From Bispira polyomma (taxonomy: Eukaryota): a stretch of DNA of 64,000 bases. A program made the translations under genes and the position numbers. Within the stretch, counting starts at the first letter, position 1. Each line of letters begins with the position of its first letter. The notes under the pieces were generated by a model. The model was not told the DNA's origin. It saw only the letters and a program-made list of their open reading frames with translations, and ran no database searches. The stretch is from the NCBI GenBank assembly GCA_965649765.1, contig OZ287751.1, forward strand, positions 73,532,001-73,596,000. Reading direction: 5' to 3'. This document shows positions 53,901 through 64,000 of the stretch, one piece after another.

Positions 53901-56900
53901 TGGTCCAAGGTAAAATCTGACCACAGCAAAAGATTACCCGCCCATGATTTCCTACAGGTTGGTTTCACAACCCAAACCTCTTTGACCAAAAATAAGCATG
54001 ATACAGGCACTTTTAAGTTTGACTAAGACTGACATTGAACGAGAGGCCCAAGGTCAAAACGGACAACATAAAAAGATTCCCAGGTCTTGATTTCCTACAC
54101 GTTGGTTTCATATTCCAAACCTCTAGGACCAACGTTAAGCGAGATATAGGCACTTCTAAGTTTAGCCATCCACATTTGACCTTGAACGAGGGGTCTAAAA
54201 TCAAATCGGAGCACATCAAAAGATTCCCTGCTCATGATTTTCTTTAGGTTGGTTTCAGATCCAAAACCAATATTAAGCGACACATAGGCACTTTAAGTTT
54301 GGCCAAAATCGGTCACAAAGGACGAAACTTTATCACTTTGTCGATGTCATGATGACCTTGAATAAGGAGATTTTTAAGGTCAAATGTCTGCATGCTTATA
54401 CAGGACATATATATCCGTTAAACATATCACAAAAAGAGATTCAACTTTCTACAGCTGAAAAACAGACACAGTTAAAAGCCGGATAATTTTTAAAGAAACA
54501 TCTGTGGCGGCAATCTTGTTTTTTAAAATGACGCTAAAATTACTCCCAGGCAAACTTTTGTAATAAAGAACATTTCCTGTAAATTTCAATAGCCTAGTTG
54601 TAAAAGTTTTTCCAGGAGAGTGGTAAAGGTAAAATCTCTACACACACTGGCGCGGCGGCATACCGAAGCATAAACCAATGAATCCACCATTTTCTGGTTG
54701 CTGCAAATACACATGCAAACAAACCTAGGGAAAAAAACAAAAATAAACTACAAACACAAGCTCAAAAAAGTCAGATCTGCAAACCTGAAAGAAAATGTAC
54801 TAAAGAAACAGATGTCAACTAACAAAACTGTAAACTGATAAGGTTTGTACGAGTATGTACTCGGACAAGGTCTCAATATATACTCTGACAAGACTGCACA
54901 GTGTTGTATGTACATGTATTCAGTCTTGTAATAATAACCAAATGCTACAAACAGTCAACAGAGTACCTGAACAACACATGCTAAAAACTAAAATCTGAAC
55001 TGTCCATTTCAAGAAAAAACAATCCTCCTCAAAGGACAACACTGGAAACAAAAGACAACATCTATAGCAGGGACTGTGTCTCTGTGGTAGTGAACAACAC
55101 TAGATTTGAAGCATGCATTAGGTAAAGATCATTCTACAACAGAACATAATCTAATCACAATCTGTATATATGTTCAAGTTAGTGAGGGGGCGCTTTCATC
55201 TAACAAACACGCACGTGTTTCTTATCCATGCTGACTTAGTGTTATATAACACACATATCAAAACAGCAGGCATGTTGTCAGTGAAGATTACCCGAGGGTT
55301 GGATTCCAGGTCCTGACACCTTGATGCCACTCACATCCACTCTCTTACTGGGGTTGACCTGTGATTTGAATGGAGCGCCAGGGATGGGCTTATCGGCAAA
55401 TGAGATGTTGATGGTGTACTCTCCCGGTTCAGTGGGCCAGTACCTCACATCACAAGTACCATCCCCTCGATCAAACGCGTCAATCTTGGCCTCGCATGGA
55501 CCCTCAATCGTCAGGCCCAAACCCCCAGTCCCGGCTTCACGGGTATCGATGGTGAAATCGGCAGGGGTGTTGGCAATGCCTCCCTTCAATCCAGGGCCGT
55601 AGGCCTTCACTTTCCCAGGGTTGGACTTGGGAGCCGGGGCTTTATCCTTGATTCCCATGACCTTCTTGGGCGTGCCCTTGACTGGCTGGCCAGCAAAGGA
55701 CACGTATACTTGGTGATTTCCGGGCTCGGCCAGCGTAAACTTGGCGCCAAAGCCGTCGATGGTTTCCTCTACCCTGGCGGGCATGCGAGCACCAGACGGG
55801 CTGACTATACTGACTTCTACCTGGCCTTTACCTGCACCGGTCGTTATGATATCAAAGTCCTGCTCTTTACCAATAGGGATTTCTGTGTGTGTACAACAGA
55901 AACACTTAACAGTACCCACCACACATAGAGAAAAGACACTTTTACCTAAGAATCATAGTCTTAGGTAGAAGCTTGATAGTTTGGTCGTTTTTTGTTTTTT
56001 TTTAAAAAATTACAAGAAATAAAGAAGAAAATAGTAAGAAAAGAGAAAAGCAAATGAAATGGTATAAAAAAATAGAATAATGCTCTGCCTGACAGAAAAT
56101 GGTGTGTACAAACACAACACTTGTACACCAATATAGGAAGGGGCGCTTGTAAGGGGAATCTCTCTAGGAAGGAGCTTTACAGTTTTTGTTAAGGCACAAG
56201 GTCGAAATTTAAAGAGAAAAATTACAAGAGAATACAAGAGAGAATAGTAGATGGAAGAAGAGAGAAAAGAATGAACAGGTACATGGAAATACATATATTT
56301 ATCCATTCCTGTAAAAAACAATGATGCACATTGCACAAATATCAGCAGCTTCAATAATACCTAAATCCAGGGAGGGGGAAAAAAAGACTGTAATTTTATA
56401 TCAAACGTACATTATTATTATTATTATGAATTTTTAACACGCTTTATTGATGCCAGGCATCTTCTAAAGCGCAACAGCAGAATCAGTGATCCAATCGCAA
56501 AGTCCATGGGCACAGCAAGGTACATGTATATAATATGTTTTTACATATTCTTTGGAAAAATATGTCTTGATGCTACACATTTTTATAGACTTTTGGAGAG
56601 TTTTAGAACATGTCATTCAAGCCTGTACTAATACTCATTCCAGTCCCCACTCATACTTACTGTCATCCAATCCCTGTATCTTGACCTTGCTGATGTCTAT
56701 GCTGGGCACTACTTTGACCTTGTAAGGACTGGTGGGAATCTCCAACTCGGCAAAGAACACGTTAACGTTGTAGTCACCGACGGTCTCTGGACTGAAGTCC
56801 ACCCTGAAGGTGTTGTTCTTCTGGTCAGTAGTCTTGACAGGCACGTCCACTCCTCTCTCATTGGTCAGTGCTATGGCAACATCACCTGAGTGACACAAGG

Positions 56901-59900
56901 TAACAGACAGGTGAAAGATGAAGTCTGGTTTACAATAACAGCTGGGGATGGAGAAGTTTTTTCACTATATATGTTTAGGGAAAAACAGTATAGCAATTTT
57001 AGAACTACTTGATGCTATTCATAAAACATAACCAGATATTTCAAAACAGAAGACAATTTTGTACTACACAACCAACAATGGTTACTTTGTAGTTTAGCAT
57101 TATTACTTTCACACAAGACAACTTCAGACTCTGGAACCTTACAGTGCAAGTAACTAGGGTAGGATTACACCCTCCAGGTGGGATTTGATACATATATCAT
57201 CTAACAAGGGAAAAACATTTAAAAGTTAAATTTTTAACTTGTTTAAGCAAAATATAAGCACATTGCAAACCATGGTGGATAGCTTTATGCCTTAAGGATG
57301 TGTGGTATCCACATTCTTTAGGTATCCACATTGCTAATATCACTATATCATGTCAATTTAGGAGAGTGAATCAAATCACTTTAGGTTATTAGGATGGGTT
57401 CTAATTGTGGATACCTCTCCTCTTACGACAGAAAGGTAGCCACAATTACATGGTATACAAAATTACATGGTATCCACAATTGCAGGAAATGGTATTTTTT
57501 ATACTGTTTAACAAGTCGTGTCCATATACCCATAAAGTACTCAATAAGCTAACCTGGCCCTGCATCTGAGCAGTCTACCACTAAGTGCGTGGGCTCGAAG
57601 GTCTTCACATAGCATACATATTAAGTAGATTGCCATGTAGTCATTATACATGCTGTCTTATATACACTCCACAAAATATCTACTGTTCTACATACCCTTG
57701 ACACCTATTAAGCTTACCTGGCCCTGCCTCTGAGCAGTTCACCACTAAGTGTGTTGGCTGGAAGGTCTTATGTACACTCTGCAGAATATCCTCTGTTCTA
57801 CGTACTCTTGACACACCCATAAAGCTTACCTGGCCCTGCCTCTGAGCAGTCCACCACTAAGTGTGTTGGCTGGAAGGTCTTGACGGGTTTCTCCACAGCT
57901 GGACCATACACCTTGACCTTGGCTGGGTTGGAGGCCTCCTGTACCTGTACTCTGTACGGACTGTTAGGTATAGACACACCACCGTAGCTGATGATAATCG
58001 TGTGCTTGACGTTCTTCTTAGGCATATAACGGCATCGGTAAGTCCCATCTTTGTTGTCACTGACAACCACCTGGTAGTTATGTAAAAGACAAGGCTGTAT
58101 AGAACAGACGTGAACGATGTCTTCGCTTAAAGACTAATATTATTATCTAAAACTTACCAACTTGCTATGTATAGTAGAACCTCTAGTATTGGATCTTCTA
58201 TTATCTGAATATTTCATTTTATTAACTCATTTTCATTCTCATAAACTTTTGTTTTCCTATTGTTTTGTGCCAAATATTTTATGAATTTTCTTTTGTTAAA
58301 AAAAAATGGCTCTCCCAACATTTTTAGATAAACTAAGTTATACTGTACTTGGTACACCTTTCCAAAATTCTTATTTACAAAGTGAAGAATGTATACTCTG
58401 AACCTTGTCTATGATTAAAGGCGGACATCAAAAACATAGTTAATCTTAAGGATTTTATTCAGTAGTTAGAACACCTGTCAGGTGATAAATTGTCCATCAC
58501 ATACATCTATGTATTCTAAAGTTATTAAAGTCACACACCTAGTTTAGACGTATATTTGGAAGTTGTTGTTTAGAATAATTAGCCATGTTCAATGTCAAAG
58601 TGACCGTTTGTAAACCTACCTCCACAGGGTTGTAGTCAGCATCCATGGCGGCCACATGTAGAGTGGCTTTCCCAGCCTTACGCGTGTCCACGGTAAACTC
58701 TGCCCACTTATTGACGGTCACTCCAGTTTTCTCCAGACCAGGTCCTTGGGCTGTTGCCTAGAGAACACACAAATAAACGCACTTAAAACTGTCACAAGTG
58801 TACAAGAAAAATTTCTTTGTAAATTGTGAAACTGACACATAACAACCATGGGCTGTTACATGAAGAACACAGTCACCCTAAACCACAACAGATGTTGAAC
58901 ATAACACTTACAACATGCCTAGAGAACAACAAACTATACCCCAAACACCTTTTTTTACTTGGGTTTTAATAAGATAAAGAAAAGAATATTCTTGGATAAC
59001 CTTGTTTAATTCATCTCACAAATCCAGATTAGTTAAAACTGAAGTAACATGCTCCCAATACGAGCTTATGGTGGCTTATCTGCATTGGTGGGTGATACTT
59101 GAGGATTTCAATTAATTATTATTGTATTGGGTTATATATAGAATACAAACCTTATAAAAAAACATTTCTGCTTAAAGTTGTATTTTATTAAGATAAACAA
59201 AATCACTTGACAAGGATTTTTAGATTTAGCTTGGTTTTAATGCTGATTTCAACAACTAAGTAGGCAGTTAGTGCTGCAAGCAGTATAGGGTAGTTGGTCA
59301 ATATTTATAAAATGCAAATCACCAGCCTTCAGCAAGACTACTGCGAACGTATCCACATATATATCACGGCTGAGATTAAAACCCTCGACTGCAGCAGTGA
59401 GAGGCGACACTGGTACTTCTACACTTCACCATCCGACATATTTTCTTACAGTGACGGTACCCCTTACTTACCTTAGAAGAATCAAAAGCCCCCATATTGG
59501 GCTGTACATCTGTCATGTACTTACCTTGCTAGGATCAAAAGCCCCCATATTGGGCTGTACATCTGCCATGTAAGGAGACTTGGGGATGTCCTCCTCATTA
59601 CACAGGATATGTACAGCGTATTCACCAGGAGCAGTGGGCCAGTAAGAGATGTCTGCAGATCCATCCCCATTGTCCTTACAGTCAATCTTGGCTTGAGATG
59701 GTCCCTCAATAGAAAAGCCTGGAGAGTACATAGATGTACAAATACATACAATTTATAGTTTGAACTGACCCTTGTTGAGGTCTCTGGTAAAGAGCCAAAA
59801 ATTGTTGATTGATAAAAAGTGCATAATCTTTTGAGATGGTCACTCAAAAGAATAAACATGTGTATATAAATACATCTAGTAAAGTTTAAATATATCCTTG

Positions 59901-62900
59901 AGAAGATCACTTGTACAGAGCAAAAAAAAAGGATTATATCAAATCGATATGTAGTATATGTCTACCCTGGTTAACATGGCTTGATTCAAAAACCAAACTT
60001 ATTATGAACCCAAATCGATATTATCGACAAACATGAAAGCTCTGGAATCCCCTGAGATGGTATTTATGGGTTGATAGGACTTGATATGGTCCCTCAATAA
60101 AAACATTAATTTGTATGACAAAGTCTCACTCAAGCCGAAACCCCAACAAGTTTTTTAAAATGTTCCAACCTTAAATAAACAGTTTCAGAAAATTGTATGG
60201 CCATTGAAAAAGAGTTTAACTGTGACATTTTGAACATATCTATTGCAAATAACCTAAAACTTTCAGCTCTTTTCAAAATGTTTAACAAGCCCATTACTGG
60301 TACAGGACAAGAGGCTACTGTTAACAAATGCTACAGAGGCCAGAGATACAAGGGAAGATAAACCACCTAATGTGTCCTATTTGTCATAAATGTAACAACT
60401 ATGAAGCCTAAAAACTGCTACTTTGAATGACAAAGTATGATCAAACAGATACTTTTTTTACTACTCTTCTTCAACAGGGGAATAATCACCCAGAAAACAT
60501 CCCTTCAGTCAGTTCATACACACACGTATATAATATCAGTTGGCTGACACACTGTACACGAGTAGTATTTACCCAAGCCAGAATACCCACATGTTATTAT
60601 GACAGTAATAAATCACAGGGCACTTCACAAAGTACCACAATACTTGACATCACCCATTAATCCACATTTACACACACAAAGGGCGGCCGACGCCACTTGA
60701 TCACCAACACTGATGACCGACAACTGTGTATGCATGTGTGTTTAAAATCTCAGATAACAATGCATACATGTTTTAGTTTTAAGAGAATAACCTGTTTACA
60801 AGTGCTAGACTCTTCACCCTTTTTGAGATTTGTACAAAGTTTACACAAATGTACATAACTATTGCAAGTATGTTTTAAGTATATTTAAAAAACGTTTACC
60901 AAGACTTTCTTTAAAAGGGTCATCTATACAGTAACACTAATTCAGACAGAGCTGCATGCGATTCAAATGTATCTTACAATAAATTCAAGTACTATTGCAC
61001 TGTCTCTTCATTTTAGCAGTCATACAGTAGGGTTGATTGACTGATACAAATGTTTGTTATTACCAGGAATAAATCCATCTGATAATAATCTTGTGTATTT
61101 TAAGTAGATTAGTATTTCCTAGTTACAGTATGTACAGGTTAAGGTGTAACAGTTATCAACCTCAACAATCTCAACATTCTTTAACAATGAATCATATCCT
61201 ATATTAAACATCAAGTTTTGTCTATGTATTACAATATCATGAAAGAATTTCGTTTATTTTTTTAAGAATAGTTCAACAATAACATTAACAAAACAAACCT
61301 CTAAAACTGAAACTGTAAATTTGTTTTTAACTTTTAAAGTCAACTAAATAATTTTTAGTGATAATCGAGAACGGGGCCACTTGTGCATGCTGTAGGTAAA
61401 ACCTCTATTATCCAAACTTCCGTTATCTGAATATTCAATTCAATTTTCACTTTCACTCTAACAGAATTTATATTATCCTACTGTTTTATACTAAAATACT
61501 TCTTCTATTTTACAAAATTATGCTGTGTTATGAACTGTCCCATACCTAAAGCTCCCGTTTCCCCATTGGTTTCCACGGTGAAGTTTGCAGGGTAACCGAC
61601 CACACCAGCATCCAGACCTGGACCATAGGCTCTGATCTTTGACACCTTCACTGGACCAACCTCCACCTACAGGAAGCAATTGGAATTGGAATTTAGTTTC
61701 TACCTTGTTTCTAGGTTACTTTTAACAGCTGAACAGTGCTGAATCACTTTTAAACCATCAGCCTACAACAAGTACCTGAAAAACTTTCTCACATGAAGGA
61801 ACAAACACCTAGCTAGATGAAGGAATGAAGTCACACAGTCGCATTACACTAGCAATGAGAAACCACAGAGAGGTTCCACATCCCTGCTGCAAAATTTTAC
61901 AAAATTGCGATGGATCAAGTTGGTCAATTATTTTAAAGGTGAATTAGTGAATTGATCCACTTAATATAAATTGAATAACTAGGAATCAATGTAAGTATTT
62001 GTTAAAAAAATAAATGTTATTGCAAGGTGAGCAATATTTTGTACATATGGATACAGATAGATACAGCCACTTCCAAATATCTTCGCAATGTAATGTAGTG
62101 GCGAAAACAACCTTGTAAAGCTTATCTAACTGTAATGGACATTGATTTTACAAACATGAGATGATGGATACTTATGGGTTATATCAGTATTCTTGTCAGT
62201 ATCTTAACTTTAACCATTCCCACCTATTAACTCTGTTAAGATAAAGATTTAAATTAAAAAAATTAAATAGCATACAGGAAATGGGATAATAATAATAAAT
62301 CAAAATGCATAACTTTTCGCCTCAAAGCCTGTAGATCACCTGTATTCAGCATAAAATAACAAAGGCAATAAAATGAAACTTTCACAAACAGAAATAATAA
62401 GAACAGGAGTCTTTCAAAAACAAATAGTGTCCATAAAATAACTGTTTTTGGTAGAAATGTTAAATCAGAAATAGATGAAAGAAAATGTACGAGAGGAAAG
62501 TGAGTAGGTATAAGCCATTAACTTCCATATATATGAATATGCATGCGGATTACCTTAAAAGGGCTTTTGTATAATTTTCCCTGAACCTATTCAGACATAC
62601 ACAGAAGTTTAGGAGTACTTCAAGACACTAGGAATTGAAAACATTCAAATCTTTAAAAGTAGTTTAATATTATTAAAACATTGTCGAAGCATTATTAATG
62701 TCAATGTGAACTATATTTGAGCTTTATTAAAGTAGTATTTAACCTTAATATTCACACATTTTTAAATAAGGACAGTGAAACTACACTCTAAACAGGTACA
62801 GGAAACGGAACTCATTTAATGTACAGAACACGGGACTCATTTAATATAAAATCAATTACAGTCGAACCACTTTATTTCAGTAAAACCTGTTAAAGTTGAT

Positions 62901-63397
62901 TTCCGTTTGATGTGGAGAAAAATGTGTACTTCAACAGAAGCATTTTCATCTACTGAAGTCAAGGTATTTCTAAATGGCCCCTAGGAGTTTGATTTAAAGG
63001 GGTTCAACTGTATGTACATCAATTTGATCACAACGTATCTTAAATACCACTATTGATAGCAAAATGTATAATATCCAATTATTAACCCCTCCATTCATGA
63101 GAAGTAACTTTGCATAGCTATAATGCATGTTATCAAAATAAACACAAAAGCACATACATGAACTACATCTGTATTCACCTATAATATTTAAGTGCTTTCA
63201 TTACAAAATATTTTACATCCTATTGGCTATAAAACGGTATGACTGACCTTGAAAGGACTCTTGGTGATGTGTTGTCCTCCATAGGTCACGTTGATGACGT
63301 AGTTTCCTGGTTTCTTGGGGATGTAGACGCATTCAGACACATACTGACTGACCTTTGTAATCTTCACTGTCTCGTCTTTACCACCAGGTCCAATCAC
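17780..63397 (-). CDS. FLN: Filamin (FLNA/cheerio-like), rod Ig repeats (about human repeat 3 to 24); actin-binding domain lies beyond the window end
   Basis: 30 exons splice in frame via GT-AG. They encode typical filamin repeats ([35 protein letters not shown]) in vertebrate order and end [11 protein letters not shown]. Confidence 0.97.
17934..18397 (-). repeat. ~73-bp tandem array copying the acceptor of the last filamin exon
   Basis: 5 full and 1 partial extra copies of ...TTTGACAG|GGTTTAACATGCTCCTAGTGGGTATC. Confidence 0.95.
18982..19188 (-). CDS. Filamin exon, hinge 2 and start of last repeat (PGKIHPG...VDTSNA)
   Basis: acag|GT ... GCTG|gtcagt. Confidence 0.9.
19288..19476. mobile_element. 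MITE family CAGTAGAACCTCTATTATC; copies at about 2247-2433, 7440-7572, 14437-14610, 27600-27760, 35824-36010, 58170-58347 and 61392-61520
   Basis: Shared termini and internal AATATTCAATTTT...ACTCATTTC motifs. Confidence 0.65.
22165..23555. mobile_element. Non-autonomous hAT-type DNA transposon with internal ~150-180-bp tandem repeats
   Basis: TIRs CAGTGTGTGAACTT / CAGTGTGCGAAATT (rc). Perfect 8-bp TSD ATATTGAG at 22157-22164 and 23556-23563. Subterminal GGTGGCCC/GGGCCAC motifs. No transposase ORF. Confidence 0.9.
24021..24239 (-). CDS. Filamin exon (QQCKFIVNT...KAHIE)
   Basis: ctag|AT ... GAAG|gtaaga. Confidence 0.9.
24957..25127 (-). CDS. Filamin exon ([12 protein letters not shown]...SRGKT)
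   Basis: tcag|AT ... ACAA|gtgcgt. Confidence 0.9.
27061..27178 (-). CDS. Filamin exon (INKPAQF...QEVEP)
   Basis: acag|ATC ... CCAG|gtatga. Confidence 0.9.
27768..28405 (-). repeat. 48/63-bp tandem array copying a filamin exon end and donor
   Basis: ~10 extra copies of CTACAG|GTGAGT. Confidence 0.95.
28368..28498 (-). CDS. Filamin exon ([12 protein letters not shown]...DYNLQ)
   Basis: acag|GT ... CAG|gtgagt. Confidence 0.9.
29054..29191 (-). CDS. Filamin exon ([13 protein letters not shown]...TCTEP)
   Basis: ccag|GT ... CCTG|gtatgt. Confidence 0.9.
29625..29978. repeat. Degenerate tandem repeat rich in CCAATCAGATTGG
   Basis: AGCCAATCAGATTGGTTCATAGAATTTCAACTA about 4 times. Confidence 0.75.
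30015..30281 (-). CDS. Filamin exon ([10 protein letters not shown]...EVDKP)
   Basis: tcag|GC ... CCAT|gtgagt. Confidence 0.9.
31005..31188 (-). repeat. 49-bp tandem array copying a filamin exon end and donor
   Basis: ACCTGGTATCTTTAAGCTCAGTTCACACT at 31012, 31061, 31110 and 31159 (live). Confidence 0.92.
31161..31289 (-). CDS. Filamin exon (SPYLVKIGG...CELSLKIP)
   Basis: ttag|GC ... CCAG|gtgtgt. Confidence 0.9.
31868..32020 (-). CDS. Filamin exon ([12 protein letters not shown]...DEHVP)
   Basis: ctag|GT ... CCAG|gtatag. Confidence 0.9.
32546..32749 (-). CDS. Filamin exon ([11 protein letters not shown]...NTKDA)
   Basis: ccag|GA ... GCAG|gtgaga. Confidence 0.9.
33007..33171 (-). CDS. Filamin exon ([10 protein letters not shown]...LANGHL)
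   Basis: ttag|CA ... CTAG|gtaaac. Confidence 0.9.
33703..33882 (-). CDS. Filamin exon ([14 protein letters not shown]...KITSP)
   Basis: ccag|GT ... CCTT|gtaagt. Confidence 0.9.
34718..34832 (-). CDS. Filamin exon ([18 protein letters not shown]...KDAGA)
   Basis: gtag|TTC ... GCAG|gtatgt. Confidence 0.9.
35257..35411 (-). CDS. Filamin exon (VVTTPSGKK...SGSPFQ)
   Basis: acag|TG ... CAG|gtgaga. Confidence 0.9.
35493..35705 (-). mobile_element. Related tRNA-derived SINE copy; further degenerate copies near 15470-15670, 27300-27430 and 47240-47340
   Basis: GGGATTCGAACC (B-box, rc), shared TTGxTCAAGxTTCTGCACTG body, TTTAACGTC tail. Confidence 0.55.
36518..36641 (-). CDS. Filamin hinge/repeat-16 start exon ([11 protein letters not shown]...[16 protein letters not shown])
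   Basis: tctctccag|GCT ... TCAG|gtaagt; phase 0 to 1, bridging the flanking exons. Confidence 0.85.
40358..40417 (-). CDS. 60-nt cassette exon in filamin hinge 1 ([20 protein letters not shown])
   Basis: cacacag|GCA ... CTG|gtatat; phase 0-0, matching both flanks; protein-like charged helix. Confidence 0.65.
40500..40978. repeat. ~65-80-bp degenerate tandem array (~7 units) between the giant exon and the cassette exon
   Basis: AAAACCCTCCGCAATTAGGTCCCTAGTATGTC units. Confidence 0.85.
41313..43859 (-). CDS. Giant alternative exon in the filamin hinge-1 intron (849 codons; Ser/Pro/Lys/Arg-rich, disordered); either an alternative first exon or an internal cassette
   Basis: 903-aa ORF on the filamin strand in AT-rich intron. 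Phase-0 donor ATG|gtatgt at 41313 falls exactly where the composition becomes intron-like. Possible phase-0 acceptor tttag|AGA at 43865. Confidence 0.75.
46657..46901 (-). CDS. Filamin exon, repeat-15 equivalent, last before hinge 1 ([11 protein letters not shown]...EIVQE)
   Basis: ccag|AT ... GAG|gtgggt (phase 0). Confidence 0.9.
47699..47888 (-). CDS. Filamin exon ([19 protein letters not shown]...SKVKIA)
   Basis: acag|GAT ... GCAG|gttagt. Confidence 0.9.
49944..50227 (-). CDS. Filamin exon (QRRPVEI...LDVVIR)
   Basis: gcag|GC ... AGG|gtgggt. Confidence 0.9.
50713..50893 (-). CDS. Filamin exon (HIPGSPFNV...TVTDQI)
   Basis: acag|CAC ... ATTG|gtaagt. Confidence 0.9.
51397..51599 (-). CDS. 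Filamin exon ([14 protein letters not shown]...KFAEQ)
   Basis: gtag|GT ... CAA|gtaagt. Confidence 0.9.
51949..52059 (-). CDS. Filamin exon (PHKIDVTY...KAYGP)
   Basis: ccag|GA ... CCAG|gtatta. Confidence 0.9.
52864..53037 (-). CDS. Filamin exon (VFLESTTDF...TPFEE)
   Basis: ttag|GC ... GAAG|gtgaga. Confidence 0.9.
53362..53629 (-). mobile_element. tRNA-derived SINE, full length, with poly(A) tail
   Basis: Minus strand: A-box TGGCCTAGTTGT, B-box GAGTTCGAATCC, poly(A) at 53362-53383. 12-bp TSD ATTCTTTACATT at 53350-53361 and 53630-53641. Confidence 0.85.
53648..54705 (-). mobile_element. Non-autonomous Helitron/Helentron (HINE-like) element with internal ~140-bp tandem repeats
   Basis: Minus-strand 3' end is subterminal repeat + hairpin TGCATCGG-ttct-CCGATGCA + CTAG. 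Subterminal inverted repeats TTGTATCCACCAGAAA. About 4 internal units. A second copy lies at 12266-12882. Confidence 0.7.
55292..55882 (-). CDS. Filamin exon (IPIGKEQDF...GPGIQPS)
   Basis: acag|AA ... TCGG|gtaatc. Confidence 0.92.
56661..56885 (-). CDS. Filamin exon (DVAIALT...IQGLDD)
   Basis: tcag|GT ... GACA|gtaagt. Confidence 0.9.
57830..58070 (-). CDS. Filamin exon ([11 protein letters not shown]...CSEAGP)
   Basis: ccag|GTG ... CCAG|gtaagc. Confidence 0.9.
58620..58757 (-). CDS. Filamin exon ([13 protein letters not shown]...NPVE)
   Basis: ctag|GCA ... GAG|gtaggt. Confidence 0.9.
59525..59718 (-). CDS. Filamin exon ([11 protein letters not shown]...FDPSK)
   Basis: ccag|GC ... AAG|gtaagt. 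Confidence 0.9.
61546..61666 (-). CDS. Filamin exon ([18 protein letters not shown]...ETGAL)
   Basis: gtag|GTG ... TTAG|gtatgg; not in ORF track. Confidence 0.9.
63248..63397 (-). CDS. Filamin exon (VIGPGGKDE...KSPFK)
   Basis: cag|GTG ... AAG|gtcagt. Confidence 0.9.
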
Positions 63398-64000
63398 CTG
63401 TGACGATAGAAACCACAAGATTTGATAATGACACACAGATGTATCAATGTCAGTGTGCAAAATCTCTGGTGGCCAGGTCTACCGAGGCCATACACTTTTT
63501 ACTCAGGCTGTGAAAATAAGAAAGTATGAGACTCTCGATGGCTCGTTCAGGTATATGTACATCTATCGACATATCCATTTTGCTTTGGCTATACATCCTG
63601 TGTGCATCCCTTCTGCCGCATTTTTTTCATCAAGTTAAAAATGCAGTATATGAAAAAGTTAGCAACAATAACAACTTTCTAAAAAGTGAGGAAAACACTA
63701 GATAGTTTAAACTTTACTAAGAATTGTCTAAACAAAGAAGTTAAGAACTAAGGTCAAGAACTATTGAACTTCAGAACCATGTACATGCAAAAATATCAAG
63801 GTTACTAATTTTTGATAAAGGCGGTTATAACTACACCAAGACTGACGGTCCAAGTAAAATTATCCAGAGTAGCTTATCTCAATTCTAAAATGACTGCACA
63901 ATTACTTCATCTGTCCAAATTGTTTTTGAAAATAAAGATTCTGCATAACTCATTAAGTTAGTATTTCTGTTTAACATCACTTTCAACAACTGTACCTGAT

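Overview
Eukaryotic, AT-rich invertebrate DNA; intron and repeat style suggest a mollusc, which is an inference. The window holds two convergent spliced genes. On the + strand are the last 10 coding exons (<1-8938) of a CFAP92/FLJ43738-like gene. On the - strand are 30 constitutive exons of a filamin gene (63397 down to stop at 17780), running from the equivalent of human Ig repeat 3 to the C-terminal repeat. All reconstructed junctions are GT-AG and phase-compatible. Two things stand out. (1) The 10-kb intron at filamin hinge 1 contains a phase-compatible giant exon of about 850 codons (43865/43859-41313). It encodes a Ser/Pro/basic disordered segment with SxIP-like and BAG3-like IP[IV]xH motifs. 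A 60-nt in-frame cassette exon lies next to it. (2) At least 14 exon-intron junctions across both genes are 'echoed': the exon end, usually with its splice site, is recopied into the adjacent intron, sometimes as a minisatellite of decoy splice sites. The older echoes differ from the live exon largely at synonymous positions. Introns and UTRs also carry a hAT-type MITE with an 8-bp TSD, two Helitron/Helentron-type non-autonomous elements, tRNA-derived SINEs with TSDs, TA-flanked MITEs and a fold-back element.
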